From: Peribolospora baueri
Taxonomy: Eukaryota
Assembly (NCBI GenBank): GCA_029717555.1
Contig: JAMDHS010000007.1
Coordinates: forward strand, 310,001-374,000
Direction of reading: 5' to 3'
Length of the DNA stretch: 64,000 nt
Position numbers and translations under genes: made by a program
Shown here: positions 12,610 through 25,836 of the stretch, piece after piece
How the letters are laid out: each line of letters begins with the position of its first letter
Position numbering within the stretch: position 1 is the stretch's first letter
The notes under the pieces: model-generated
What the model was told of the DNA's origin: nothing
The model's database searches: none
The model's input: the letters and a program-made list of their open reading frames with translations, nothing else

Positions 12610-14698
12610 ATGCCGCTCGATATCGACGACCCAAGACGGCACGTCAAGCTGGAACCCGAAAAAGTCCGCGATGTGAGCGTTTATAGATTCTTAGACTCAA
12701 GTTTGCGGCAGTGACTTCTTTGTCCGTCTGTCTGAATTTGTGCCGATGCTGATGCATGCTTGGTTGTCCACGGCTGCTCACTTAGGTTGCCAATACCGAT
12801 TTCCCGGGTCACTGGCCGGGGGAAGATCATAGTTTTGACATCGCCAAGTTCCGAGAAGTGAGCTTCAGCATCCCCGTACTGCTCATCTGGGATACGCGTT
12901 TGCCGTCATGCTGGTGAGACATCCAGTCCTGACCAAGGTCCATTTTGCGGATTTTAAGAATCTCAACGTCAAGGTCAATAATCTGTCCGAATCTGAGGTG
13001 GAGTTCGACTTGATCGGCGTGGACGCATCGATCGGCAACGCTTTCCGGAGAATCATGATGGCAGAGGTTGGTCGCGCGTCTTGCTTTCTGTCACGAGGGA
13101 AATCATCTCAGCTGTTTATTCGTGGACACAACACCTTGTCGCGGTCTTATCTCTTTCTCTACCACATGTTTTTGCTCTACAGGTGCCGACGGTGGCGATC
13201 GAGCACGTCTACGTCTTCGACAACACCTCCATAATTGTTGACGAGGTGTTGGCGCAACGATTAGGGCTGATACCGCTCAAGTTCGATCCCGATAAGTTGG
13301 TTGAAAAGGGAGGTGAGTAGTTGATTGTTTCTTTGGTGTCTATAATAGACATGATGGAGAAAGATCGTCTCCCCTGGCACCCTTGGGTTTTCGGCTCAAA
13401 AAAAGGCTAATTGAACTACAAACCCTGACCCGGGACTTTGTCACTCATTATATACTAGGCGACGAGGCCAACGATCAGAACACTATCGTCTTCGAGCTCG
13501 AAGTGGTATGCGAATACAACCCCAAAGCGAAAGCAGGAGAGACGGACCCTGAGAAGCTTTACATCAACTCGAATGGTAGGTCGTCGCCGCTGCCTTCCTC
13601 TCTTTGGTCGAGGCAAACTCTTTCCCTGCCATCCTGGCTTCCACAGCTCGTCTGTTCTCATTTCTCTTATTGTGTCTTTCCGCTCCAGTGACGTCCGGAA
13701 TGTTGAAATGGTCTCCCCAAGGTGCTCAATTGGAAGAGTGGAAGGAAGAGGAATACCCAAGGCCTGTGAAGGACGACATCTTGATCGCCAAGCTTCGACC
13801 GGGACAAGTGAGTTTTCGTCGGTTCTTTTGATCAGTATCATCTCTACCACGGTACATTTCCCGCCAACACACAATGCAACTTGTGTTTTAAGCCTGAACT
13901 GATGCTCATACTTCGCTCTGGTCATTTAATTCACCCTTGCAGCGCATCCATATGCAGCTGCATTGTGAAAAGAACATCGGCAAAGAGCACGCAAAATGGA
14001 GCCCTGTTGGTGGGTAACTTTATCGTTTATTTTTTTGACGAGGTGTAGCAAATAGGGTTCGCTAATGGACTCGTAATCATCTATATCGGTGCTGTTCATT
14101 CATTCATTTCTGATTTGTCCTTTCATCCTTTATTGGTGCCTCCATCAGCGACGGCCTCCTATCGCCTCCTCCCTCACATCATTATCCGAAAGCCTATCCC
14201 TCCTGAGCATGTTGACAAGTTCCAACGCTGTTTCCCGCATGGCGTGATCGGCGTGCGCAAAAACGCCGAGACGGGGGAGAAGGAGGCTTATGTGGCGGAT
14301 GCGAGGAAGGATACAGTCAGTAGGGAGGTGCTGAGACACAAAGAGTTTGAGGGGTTGGTGGAGTTGACGAGGATTAGAGACCATTTTATTTGTAAGTTTT
14401 TTTGAGCTTTTCATGTGCCCGCTGCAGCTCGTGTTTTGTCGCAGAGATGTCCCTTTCGTCCCCCGTCACTCTGTTCAGCCGACTAGGCTGCGCCCGCCTC
14501 CAATCGCTGATCGTACCTCTCGGCTTTTGCTCCAATTCACACTCTCCAGTCACGGTAGAGTCATCAGGCGTAATGCCCCCCGAGCGAATCCTGCCCGAAT
14601 CGGTCAGGGTCTTGCGCGATAAAGTCTCTGTTCTCCGCCAAGGTCTCAACTTCCTCACCAGCTCCGACGCTCCCGATGCGATGGAAGTGGAGTCTTGA
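12610..14698 (+). CDS. RPC40: RNA polymerase I/III shared subunit AC40, multi-exon
   Basis: [88 protein letters not shown]. Confidence 0.95.
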
Positions 14699-15138
14699 GA
14701 GCTTTGTGAGGCATCTGGCGCGGCCCAAGTTCGGGGTTTCCCTGTCAGTGTTTCGCTGGAACGTTGTATACTACTTGATGTCATCTGTGCCTCTTCCGGT
14801 TTTCCATTTTGCTTCGAAGGCTACACAGGGGTCCTTACCAACACGTTTGCTAGAGGCAGAAGAGATGGTGCGATCTCCATTGTGGCTGCCTCGCTCGCTC
14901 GCTATCACTTGGTCTCACAAGTGGTCATTGTCAACGAGTGTCCATTCTACCCACCCTTTGGGAATGAGGATCGAAAAGAATGAAATCGAGCGGAGTAGAA
15001 GACATACAGTATGTCTACAATGGGGAGTGGTCCACAAAGTCAGGCCGGAAAAGCAGGGACGGGACGGGGAATACGTACAACAACGATGAAGGTCATGACT
15101 GGGTATCACGATATGTAGAGGATGGGAATGTACATTGC

Positions 15139-17631
15139 TCAAGGAACCCTAGGCGGGGGCGGAGGCGGAGCCTTGGCTCTAGAGCCGGCCGATGGCAAAG
15201 GCGGCGGAGGGGGCGCGGGGCCTCTCGAAGAAGCGGTGCTGCGAGCTCGTGCCCTTGTTGTCGGTGTGCTTGCGGCTGGAGTCGCGCCTGCCGTCTCCGG
15301 CGTTGCTGGCTTTAACGTCGACGTCGTCGCCGATGTCAAGGTTGCTGCACTCGTCGCCGGGGCTTTCGAATATGGAGACGAGCGTCGTTCGCTGGAAGAC
15401 AAGGACGAGCCGTCAAACGACCCGCCGCTCGTTCGGTTGTCCTCGAGGATCGCCCTTGTCTCATCTCCCTCTCCATCCCCATCTGCATCTCCGTAGGCAT
15501 CGTCGCCACTAGGCTCGACAGAGTGTCCGAAAGTGGGACTGCTCAATATTACCGTCCCCGGCGAGCCCAGTGGGTTGACACTGCCTGCGAAAGGGTCTGA
15601 TACCACCGAGCTGCTGCCCGTCTCCTGCGCTCGCAACGGAAATGGCTGCTGTTGGCCCGGGCCGGAGACAGAGGTGCCGGCCCCGGCAAGGGAGTCGCCG
15701 GTGTAGAGAGGTGAGAGGAGGGTTGGTTGGAAGCCCCATTCCTGAGGCTGAGCGTGCGACAGGGCAGTCATGATGGTCATTGGAGGGACGCCGTTCCGAT
15801 GAGCACCAGTAGCTGTTGCGGAGACGGGCGAGACGGGCCGGCTACTCATTTCGGCGCCCTCGAGGTTCATGCTGTCCAGAGCACGGACGAAGGAGTTGGG
15901 CGAATCGGGCCTGTCCCAATTTCCTTCTTCGTCCTCATACTTGTCTTCGTCTCCCGTCATAGCCTGGTAAGAGGATGAAGACGGCCCCCCTTTGCTCCTA
16001 GCTATGAAACCCCATCCAGCCTTCTCAGACGTGCCGGTATCAATGGCAGAGGACGAAGAAGACGCAGCGGCAGCGGTAACTGAGGAGAGACCGGCAGAAG
16101 AAGTGGAGAAGGATGGCAGCTTGGGTCTGAAGGTCGTCACGTCCCTCGCTAGAGATGCCATCGCCTCGCCTGCTCCGCTGACAGAGATGCCTCTTAACTT
16201 GCGCGGGCGCTGCTGCTTATCGGTCGTTTGTTGTTGCTGTTGCTGAGATGCCCGACTCCCTCGTCTCTCGAGACCGACGTCGAATGCCTTGTCCTCTCCT
16301 TTCTCACCTCGCCCGTCGTCCTTTTCGTCCATCGCAGCTGCCCCGGAAAGCCGTCGAGGGGGAAGAGGAGGCCGGGTAGAACTGGCCCTTCGCTCTCGCA
16401 AGCTCGGCTGTCGAGAAGTGAGAGTCGGCGTGGAAGCTTTCCTAGCCAAAACCGGGCTGCTCAAGCTCCTCCCGCTCCTAGTGATGACGTTTCGCTTTGC
16501 CCCGGAACCACCAACGGAAGCCGAAGCAGTTTCTGCAGGAGAGTCTCGAAGTTGTATGCTCGCCTCGTCGATCCAGTTGGATCTGCAATCGCGCAAGATC
16601 TGGGCGTAAGACTCGGCGAAGGACAAATGCGTGTCGAGGAAGGATGTGAGGGAGCGGAGATCATCCAGTTCGGACTCCTGGATGACCGAGATGCGGTATT
16701 CAACCTCCGCCGAAGCCTCGTCGAACGCCGCTTTAGCATTTCGCACTTCATCCTCCACCTCCCTCCTCTCCTTCTCCTTACCGCCTCGACCGGATATGCT
16801 CATGCCTTTCTTCCCCGCCTCGAGCTTATCCTTTCTAGCCCTCGCGCTTTCGAGCGCGGCACGTTTGGACTCGAGCTTGCGGCGGGCGGCCTGGTACTCG
16901 GCCATGGAGGCCTTAGCAGACGCGAGTCGGTCGAGGAAGATGGAGGACAAGGTGGAGGTGAAGGAGGTTTGGAGGGATGCGATAGAGAGATGGGCTGTGG
17001 ACAGGGAAAGGAGGCACTGACCTAAGAGAAGTAAAGTATGGAAGAAGGTTCAACTGGCTGACATGGATACCGTACAGATGAGGGCAAATGCACTCACCGT
17101 ACGCGCTGTCATCGCCGAAATCTCCTCCAAATGCAGCCATGGCGATACCGAGAGCCTCTATTGGAAGGACTTTCGTTTCCCTCCAGTTCTCCCTCTCCTT
17201 GCTCCCCTCAGATGCTTTGCCAGAGTCCGAAAACGCGCCACTAGCCCCATCGACCTTGAGGTGCCGTTCGGGGTGAAGACTTGACTCTGGCGGCGGTACG
17301 AAGTCATATGGGAGCGGGAAAGGCAGCGCCTTGAGCTTGGAGAGCGAGGAAACGTACGCCTCCGTCGCCGTGTAGATGCGCTCAGTCCCCAGACGACGGT
17401 AGTCAATCTCGCGCTCCAAATCTTGTGTCGCGGGGTCGAGGTCGACTGTGCGGGCAACGCCGCCCAAACCTGTCCACTGATCGGGACGCCGATTCATACC
17501 GAAGCAGGCGACCCTGGTTAGCTATCACCTATTCTATCTACCAGCTCCATCACCGCCAGGGAGAAAGGAGGTGGGCCATTCTCGCTGGAATCACAACCAA
17601 CCTGTCTCAACTTTCCAAACGTGCTTGTCAT
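15139..17631 (-). CDS. N-BAR (endophilin-like) domain protein with long low-complexity, proline-rich tail
   Basis: Spliced start MTSTFGKLRQ|WTG, then AFGGDFGDDSAYGQCL, EYQAARRKLESKRAAL, DLRSLTSFLDTHLSFA. Ends PPPPPPRVP*. Confidence 0.8.
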
Positions 17632-18395
17632 GACGGAGGACTGAGGGCACTGTTGACGATGCCTGCCTGGGCCTGCTGGGACGAGTTGGCCGATGTCGAG
17701 ATTCGTTCGTAATCATTTATTAACCCGGGGCCATCCTGAGCCCGCGATGCCGCAGTCGGGCAATAACCCTAATCCAGCAAGCCATGTCTGATTATATTTG
17801 TCGACGTCGCTCTCGCCGTTCTCGAATGGATCAGAACGGCATCGACGTCAGACCTCCTCCACTTGCCTCCCCTCTCCTTATCATCTCCATCGCCCTTATC
17901 AAGGCCTCAGCATTTCCAGGCCACCCCCTCGTCTATCCTTTTACTTGGCGTCGAAGCCGCTTTACCTCGCCCCGGTCGGCTGCGGACCGCGAAGGTTCCC
18001 GCGAGGCCCACGCGAATAAGGGGCACACGGGAGATCCCTCCCTCCACCTTGCACAGGCATCCGCCCACCATCCATCCAGTCGACCTTGAGTCCGTATCCC
18101 ATCACCTCGTCCCATCTGTCAGCAGCATCATGGTCCGTCCATCCATTCTCTAACGAGACGGGCGCTCTCCTCACGTCAACCTTACCCACCCCCGCGGCCC
18201 TCCGGTACGCGCACAATCGCCATTCACCTCCACCTCCCCTCTTGTCCCGATTCCTGCCGCCTCATTTCACCTTCTCCTTCCCTCGCCTTCTTCACGCGAT
18301 ATTAGGCGTCTCACCAGCTCCTCTCTTATCGCATCGTAAAAATCAACATTCTGCGCTAACTTTCCTCGGACGCATTCGACCCAGCCGCACCCACC

Positions 18396-21300
18396 ATGAG
18401 CGGGCCAGGCGGATCGACCTTCTCCTTACCCAGTCCCGGCGGGCATCAAGCGTCATCGAATGTTGGATCACCTCCCAAGGGCACAGCGTTTCCATCCTCG
18501 ACAGCTTTGCAGGAGGCCCCCAGCCCCGCCGACATGCCCGACTTGGAGACCACCAGCCTGACCGCCGTCAAAGCCTTGGCCGCCAAGTACGGCATCCAGC
18601 TCCAGGCCCTTGGCTCCGGAGAGACCGGCCTGACTACCTCTGCTGGAGCCGATGGTACAGATGGAGGGGAAGCCGGGAATGAAGGGGAGGAGGAAGAGGA
18701 AGAAGATCTTGGCGTGGGCACACCGTTCAAAATCACCGCCAAAAGAATGCAAGGGGGGAGGACGATGTATAGGTTCAAATCCCGCGGGCACGCCCCAGCT
18801 GAGGCCCTGGTTGGGTCTGAAGTCAATGGACAGGCAAGAAACGAGCGGCATGATTTTTCGCCGACGCCTACAGCTGGAAGAAGAAGGAGTGCTACCTCTG
18901 GGGCGCCATTGGCCATGTTGCATCCCGCCACTTTCACCAAGGCTTCCGGCACAGGAGAGGTCCTTAATGTCTTCGACGGCGGAGGTGCGGGCGGCTCAGG
19001 TTCGGCAGGCTTATTGCGAAAGACGTCTCTCAAGTCTCTAAGGGGCTCCAAGTCCATTCCATCTCTCGGAACTCACCTTTCCAACAGAGCCGCTCAGAAC
19101 GCCATCACTACTGACAAGGGCAAAGCGAAGGACGAGGGCACCGGGGCCGGCATCTCAACAGAATCGTCTTCGATGTCGACCGCTACCCACCCTTTCCCTC
19201 GCCCCACTTGGTCTCCCACTGGTCCTGTTGCCGGCCAGCTTTGGCCTCCTCCCCCTCCCATGCCTCTTCTTCCTGTTCATCAACTCCCTACCTCCTCAGC
19301 TATGAGCCGACTGGAGACCTCGCCGACGTCCGGCCCACATGGACGAGGCACGCGCCGGTCCGGCGTCGAACGCGGCAAGCTCGAAGGCGGAGACGTCTTG
19401 GGTGCCATCCTCGGCTGGTCTACCGCTGCCAGCCCTAGCGGGACGCCTCGTGCAAAGCTGGCGAAGGATCGCAGACACGGAAGTACCTCTCGAACTTCCG
19501 GGCGAGATAGCGGGGTAGGAGGCGGAGGTAGGAAGCGCGCCTCGACGACGGGCTCAACCATGAAAGGTGAGCGGAGGGCCAGGCGGTTCGCGAGCCAGGA
19601 GTTTTCTGCCCTTCATCGCACCACCACCTCGGAGGAGGGTGTCGCCGAGGCAGCTTCGGGCGTGGAAGAAAGCGTCAACGTCGAAATGCCCTTCACGCGC
19701 GCTGCCAACCCCACACCCACGGCCGCCACCGGCTCCCGACCCAAGACGCCCCCGGAACGCAGCGGCGAGAGTACGAGGTCGCGGACGAGCCCTGGGAGCA
19801 ACACGTTGAGTCCGTTCGGAAAGGATTTTATAGTCCGGACTCCTTCTCCGCGCGTCCACGCCAGGAGCGAGAGACAGGGCAGTGGCGATGGTATCAGGAG
19901 CAAGACGCCGGACGTCATGCTTCAAGGGGCGTCTGGTCCTCTGCCCTCCTCTCCTTCGCAAAGGGGACTCGCTCTTCACGCAGTCGGCCCGAGGCTAAGG
20001 GAGATGCAGAGTTTTGAGAGCAGGGAGAGCAACGCTACTGCTCGTGCTACTGGTGACGATGACGAGGATGATGGGTGGCCAAGCGGCATGGACAAGCAGG
20101 GAAGAACGCCCACGCCTGGTCAAGCCGAGGGCGGGCAGGAGGATGACAGTGGAAGGGATGTCGAAGAAGTAGACGAGGAGGATGCGACGCTCATTTTCGA
20201 CGTGCTGCAGGCCTACGTCGGCCGTCCATCGATCGATTCTGCGTCCTCTGGGACTTCTTCCGGGAGCAGCACCTCTCTTGGCGGTTCGTTCCAGCACCGT
20301 CGTGCCACCTCTGCCTCTGTTATCTCCGTCACCTCATCCGTAGAGGAGAGTCGCAGGCATGCTCAGGCTCAGGAGACGGTTACGAGCTCTGCGCCGGGCG
20401 ACGATCCTCGCTTCGCAATTTGGGGACTTCGGATGCTCTCCGGAGGTGGGACGGTTGTCATGGCTCCTTACGATCACGAGCAGTTGCAGCTTCACAGCGG
20501 TGGCACCAGTTCTTCTAGCCTTACGGGATCCGGTTCTGGCGGTCCAGGCTCGGTCGTTGGCAGTGCTTCGACCCCGGCTACTGCAATGGGAAGCCCTGTC
20601 AGCGCGCCGGCCGTCAAACGCTGGTCTCTTCGAGGCACATCTTCCCCTCCTGCAGCCGCCGGTGCAACTGCCATCAGCTCTTCCGATCATCATCATCCCA
20701 TCGACCCTTCTGCGGCCGACAAGTGGGGGAGCCGCAGAGCCTCCGCGCAATCTCGGCCAGAGAGCACGTACTTCCCTTCAGCTGGCGGCCTTGGCGGACG
20801 ACGCGTTCTGATCGCGGCAACGCGAGCCCGACTGATCGCTGAGTTAACCTCGGAGATTGATCACCGCCTTCTGACGGACTTCTTCCTCACATACCGGTCC
20901 TACCTCGACCCACTCGACCTTCTCCACCTCCTCACCCTCCGCTTTCAGTGGGCCCTTGGAAAACCCGTTTCCCCCGCTGACGAAGCAGTTCGCCGGATCG
21001 TTCGAGTACGCACCTTTGTCGTCCTTCGCCACTGGTTGCTGAACTACTTCGCGCACGACTTCTTAGCCAACCGCGCTCTGAGGGCCGAGCTGGCGAGATG
21101 GTTGAATGAGGTGTACAAGGATCCGGCGGTGAGGAATAACCCGAGGGATTTGAGCATCATCAAGAGCCTCAAGAAGGTTGTGAGGCGGTTGAAGGCGAGC
21201 TATTTGGAGGCGGGCGTGGCGGGCGTCCTGGGGTTGCCGAACACGGGCCGTGGTGCTGGAAGCGATAGGCCGAGAACGACAGCGGCTGATGAGGGAAGGA

Positions 21301-24300
21301 GGTTGCGCGCTGACTCCACCAACAGTAGCGTCGGTAGCGCTTCCGCCTCTGCGGCCAGCGTCAACAGCTACATGGGCATCGCCGGCGAAGACGACACGTC
21401 TGCCGCCGCTGTTCTTCGGGCCAACGGGGAGACATTGGGTGAAAGCGAGGAACTGAACGCTTCCAGCGACGGCGACGTCGATCTCGAGTTGGAGGAGGCT
21501 ACTGCGCAAATTGCCTTGGGTGCAACGCAGGCCGGTATTGGAGGAGGCGCAGCGGGAGCAGCGAATGACAGCAGCGTCAGGACCGTTAACGCTGGAGCGA
21601 CCGTGGGCACGCATCCTCCGTCAACTACACACGCTTCGCGTCGTCGGTCCGTGCCTATGACCGTCATGAATCCTTCCTCTGCCGCTGCTGGTTCGATGTC
21701 TGTTGAGCATTCCGATGCTGGCAGCGGTTTTGACGCTAACTCGGCGTCGGTGCGGAGGATGCAGAGCAGCTCCCTTGGTGTCGAAAGCGAATCGCTTGAT
21801 ATCTCGGCGCTAGGCGGTAGTGGCGGAGGAGGGACCTTTGGAAGGCTTACTGCCGGTCCGCGCTTGCAGCGGGGTCGACAAGGAAACAACCCGCAGTCGA
21901 TGCAGGCCGCTCCACCTCCCCTGCCGCACACGAACAACGCCATCTCGCGCGTCTTCGTCAACGCCGTCGGCCGCCTCTCGCGCTTCAAGCGTGTCTTGGG
22001 TGCTCGTTCCGGATCCATGACCTCGGCGTCGTCCAACTTTGCCAACGAGGTCGGCTTCGATGATCTCGAGTTTGAGGCTAGCGACACGGGAGATCTACTC
22101 TATATCCGCGGAGGCATCGAGAACTTCCTCTCTTTCTTCAACCTCCCTGCCCCAGGTCAGGAAGGGGTTCATACCCCGCCCACCGCAGCCGCGGCGGTTG
22201 AACCTGCGATGGGACAGCCGCACGAAGCTGAAACGGAACAGACCAAGTCACAGATCGAGTCGAGCCCCCCTCTCGACAGCGGTGACAGCGGCACGCCGGC
22301 TGAGGAGGAGACGCCGACGTTGAGTGAAAGCACTACAAGCACAGGCCAGGAGGAGACGCCGAGCTTCGGAGAAAGTGTGACGAGCGGGGAGAGTCAAAAG
22401 TCCAGCACCGAAGAAAGCTCTTTACAGTCCTTTTCTGCTCAAGACGGCATGATGGAGGAAGAACATGGCCAGGCGCAAAATGGCGCCAAAGGAGGACTCG
22501 GTATCTCCGGCGTTTCGCTGGCGGCTGAGTCATCTTCGTCTCTTCAGCCGCCTTCGTCAGGGGTCCCAGGATTGGACGATTACAACAAGGCCGCGTCCAC
22601 GGACAGGGATCATCTCCACCACGCCACGAGCGACCAGACTCTGCGGTCCGTCGCCACGTCCTTTAACGACGGCCGGATCACCTCCGGTAGCATGCGCGCT
22701 GGTCTTTCCAGCGCCAATAGTGGTCAGGCCGTCGCTGGTTGTTCTACGCCGGAGCGTCCGATCAGCCATGCATCATACCGATACAGCCGGGACAGCCCGA
22801 AGGTCGTGCAGATCGACGATCTCGATTCGTCCGATGATGACGACGACGGTGTCGTCCGCAGAGCACTTCGTCGTTTGCCCGGGGCCAGGGACCTGCGTAT
22901 GGCCAGGACGGTACACGATCTCGATCCTTCGTTCGCCCCCGGCCGGAGGTCGTTCGATACCATGAGCTCCTTAGGTCAGGTCGTCGACCGTGTGGCTTTG
23001 AGGACGAGCTATGCGCCCTCGTTTGCTCCTTCCGAGAGGTCTAATGCCCCACGTGCCGTCGAGGAGGACGTCGCTTCAGACGAGGGCATGACTGGCGTCG
23101 GCATCGTAGAAGGATTCCATCTCGACGGTGTGGAGAGCGACGACGACGAGCCGGGTGATGTGGAGGCTGCGTTGCGCAGGCTCGAGGGCGTGATCGACGA
23201 AGACAAGCAGCGTGAAAAGGCGCGCAGGGTCGAGGTGCTGATGAAGAACTCAATGAAGTACCTCGATGGCTCCCACGCTCACCATGCCTTGCATGACGAC
23301 CTGTCGGGCGTGAGCGAGGAGGCGACGGATGATGGAGCGAGCGAGATAAGCTCGAGGACGAGCATGGTCAGTGATGCCAGTGAGAGCTCTATCGCAGAGG
23401 AGGAGGACCTGGAAGAGGAGGAAGGGCAGGACGATGTCGACGTCAATTTTGGGGGCGCTGTTGAAGGAGGAGGAGCGCACAAGAAGGTCCTCTCCAACAG
23501 TGACGTCGGCGGGTCGCCTCAAATGGCTTCCCAACGCTACGACCCCACCGCCAAGCTTTCCGGCTCTCCTGCGCTCTCCCAGCGGGCTCTGCCCACAGAA
23601 CCGTCCTCTCCTCCTCTCCACCCCGTCGGTTATGGTTCTTCGACTAGCTCTCCTTCTCGTCGATTGAGCAAAGCCGGCGCCACCAAGGAGTTTACTGTCA
23701 TCCGTCCTGGTAATCAACCAGGATACCCCCACTCTTCCCTTCGCGTTCAAGCCGGACCTGTCCCTGGTATCGAGCGCCCATTGGCGCCCTCCAATTTCAA
23801 CTCTTGGCCAATTCCACTCATACATCGCTCCTTTCTTCTACTCCACCGGTCTGAGGTTGTCGCCCAACAGCTTTGTCTTATCGAACGAGACCTCTACCAG
23901 GCTGTGGGCTGGGAGGAGCTCGTCTCGCTCACCTGGAAGGAACGTCCCAGCCAGGCCGATATCTTGGACTGGGAAGCATTCGTAAAGCAGCGGGCGCGCC
24001 AGAAGGTCGAGGCCGAAGCCGCGGGTGAGCCTGTCAAAGGACGCGCCGTGGAGGCCATCATCGCTAGGTTCAACCTTACTTGCAACTGGGTCGCCAGCGA
24101 GATTGTCCTCACTCGCGCCGTCGAGGAGAGGGCTGCCCTCATTTCCAAATTCATCCGCGTAGCTTGGGTGAGTCGGAACTAATCTTTTGCGTCGCGCTAT
24201 CACTAAGGAGAATACTTAATGTTCCGACGCGACGATCGTCTGCCTGCTTCCCTTTTTCCAATCACCAGAAATGCTACCAGCAGTCCAACTTCGCGACGTT

Positions 24301-25076
24301 GGCCCAAATCGTCTACGGTCTTCAGTCGCCATGGGTGGAGAGGTTGCGCAAGACCTGGGCTCGGATCGGCATGTGGGAGATGAGGGTTCTTCGCGATCTC
24401 AAGACATTCACCTCTCCGTTGCGCAATTTCCGACACCTCCGTAACGCCATGAGTGCCGTCGCGGAGGAAAGTGGCGTTGGCGCCGAGGACGCGCTAAGTC
24501 AATCTCTCGGGACCGCCGGCGCCGGGATGACCGGAGCGGGAAGTGGGATTTCGCAGATGTGGCAGCAAGCTATGTCTTCTGGCAAAGGCAACCGGACCTT
24601 TATGAGCGGGTGTATTCCGTTCCTCGGTGAGTGGAGCTTCCTCCGCCGCGATTGCTTAAGTGTAAGTAGCTTCGTCGCTGATCGTTCTTCTTCCGATGAT
24701 GTCTTCGTCGTTACGGGCCGTAGGTCTCTACCTCTCCGACCTCGCTCAGAATGACGGCCTGCCGTCGTACATCGATCCTTCTTGTCCGTCGTCGTCCGTC
24801 GAGACGGACCCGGACACGGGAGAGCTAATTCTCGCGGACCCTAAGGCGTTCGAGCGCCTTCCGCAGCTCCCTCCTTCCATTCGCCTCGAGCCGCTGGTGA
24901 ACGTACACAAGTACCGCGTTGCGGCAAGCGTGGTCAAGACATTGATCATGTTCCAGGACCGCGCAAGGAGGTACACGTATGAAGCGGATGGAAGCGTGTT
25001 CGTCAAGTGTCTCAAAATCAGATGCCTGGACCCCGGGACCATGACGACTTGCTCTAACATGGTCGAGCCGCCCTAA
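18396..25076 (+). CDS. LTE1: Large Ras guanine nucleotide exchange factor, Lte1-like (REM + CDC25 domains)
   Basis: REM motifs LIAELTSEIDHRLLTDFFLTYR and RVRTFVVLRHWLLNYF. CDC25 motifs SEVVAQQLCLIE, RFNLTCNWVASEI, NFATLAQIVYGL, GCIPFL|GLYLSDL. DVEAALRRLEG motif. Three exons. Confidence 0.8.
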
Positions 25077-25836
25077 TTCGTTCCACTGCGGCTGAAAGCA
25101 GCCTCTTTTGCCCATGTGTGCCGCGGCCTTTGCCGGAGCAGCTTTTCTTTATCGTCTATCTTCGAGCTTAGACCTCTCAAGTCCACTCGCTCCTTTCAGT
25201 CCTTTACATCTTCCCGCACGAGGTCCACTCCGTTATTGGCGCAATATCTGTCACACTCTCTTTCCACAATTTCCCTTTTCAATTGCATCTCTCCATCTCT
25301 ACCTGCCTTCAACCTTTCCCAGCGCTCGCGTTCTATTCCCACGGCTCGCCCAGCTCGGGTCGCTGTCGCTTCCCAGTAGATACCCTTGGCACCGTTTTGA
25401 TCATCAATGTCCACAAGGATCTTCGCTCGTTCAGCCTACCCAATCTCGTTCCTTTCTCCTCCTTGCTCTCGCTTTCATCCTCACGCCCACGTCCAACCAC
25501 AGGTTCTTCAACCTTCTCGTTTAAGCTCTTTCACCACCAAAGCTGAACCTCGGACGTCCTCCCACACATTTGTCCGTTCGTTGTATGAATACAAAGCCAA
25601 TGATATTTTGTTGTCTTCGGCTTCTAAGGTCCTGTCGCCTCGGGTCGTCCGGTCCATGTCAAATGTTCAGCGTTCATCCTCCGAACGCGGCAAGCCCCGT
25701 TCCATAGAAGGTAGTACGTTTGATTACGTAAGGGCATCACGTGCCTTTGCATACCGACGACGATCGCGGATACGATTGCGACGACGATCGTTCTTGCCTC
25801 TGCTCGACTCGACTCTATCATAGACAACGGCGTAGG

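Noticed and set aside
17764..17772. TAACCCTAA (also at ~59155) as a telomerase RNA template or interstitial telomere
   Set aside because: Both are only 1.5 repeats inside short promoters, with no room or pseudoknot for a telomerase RNA. A promoter motif is the simpler reading.
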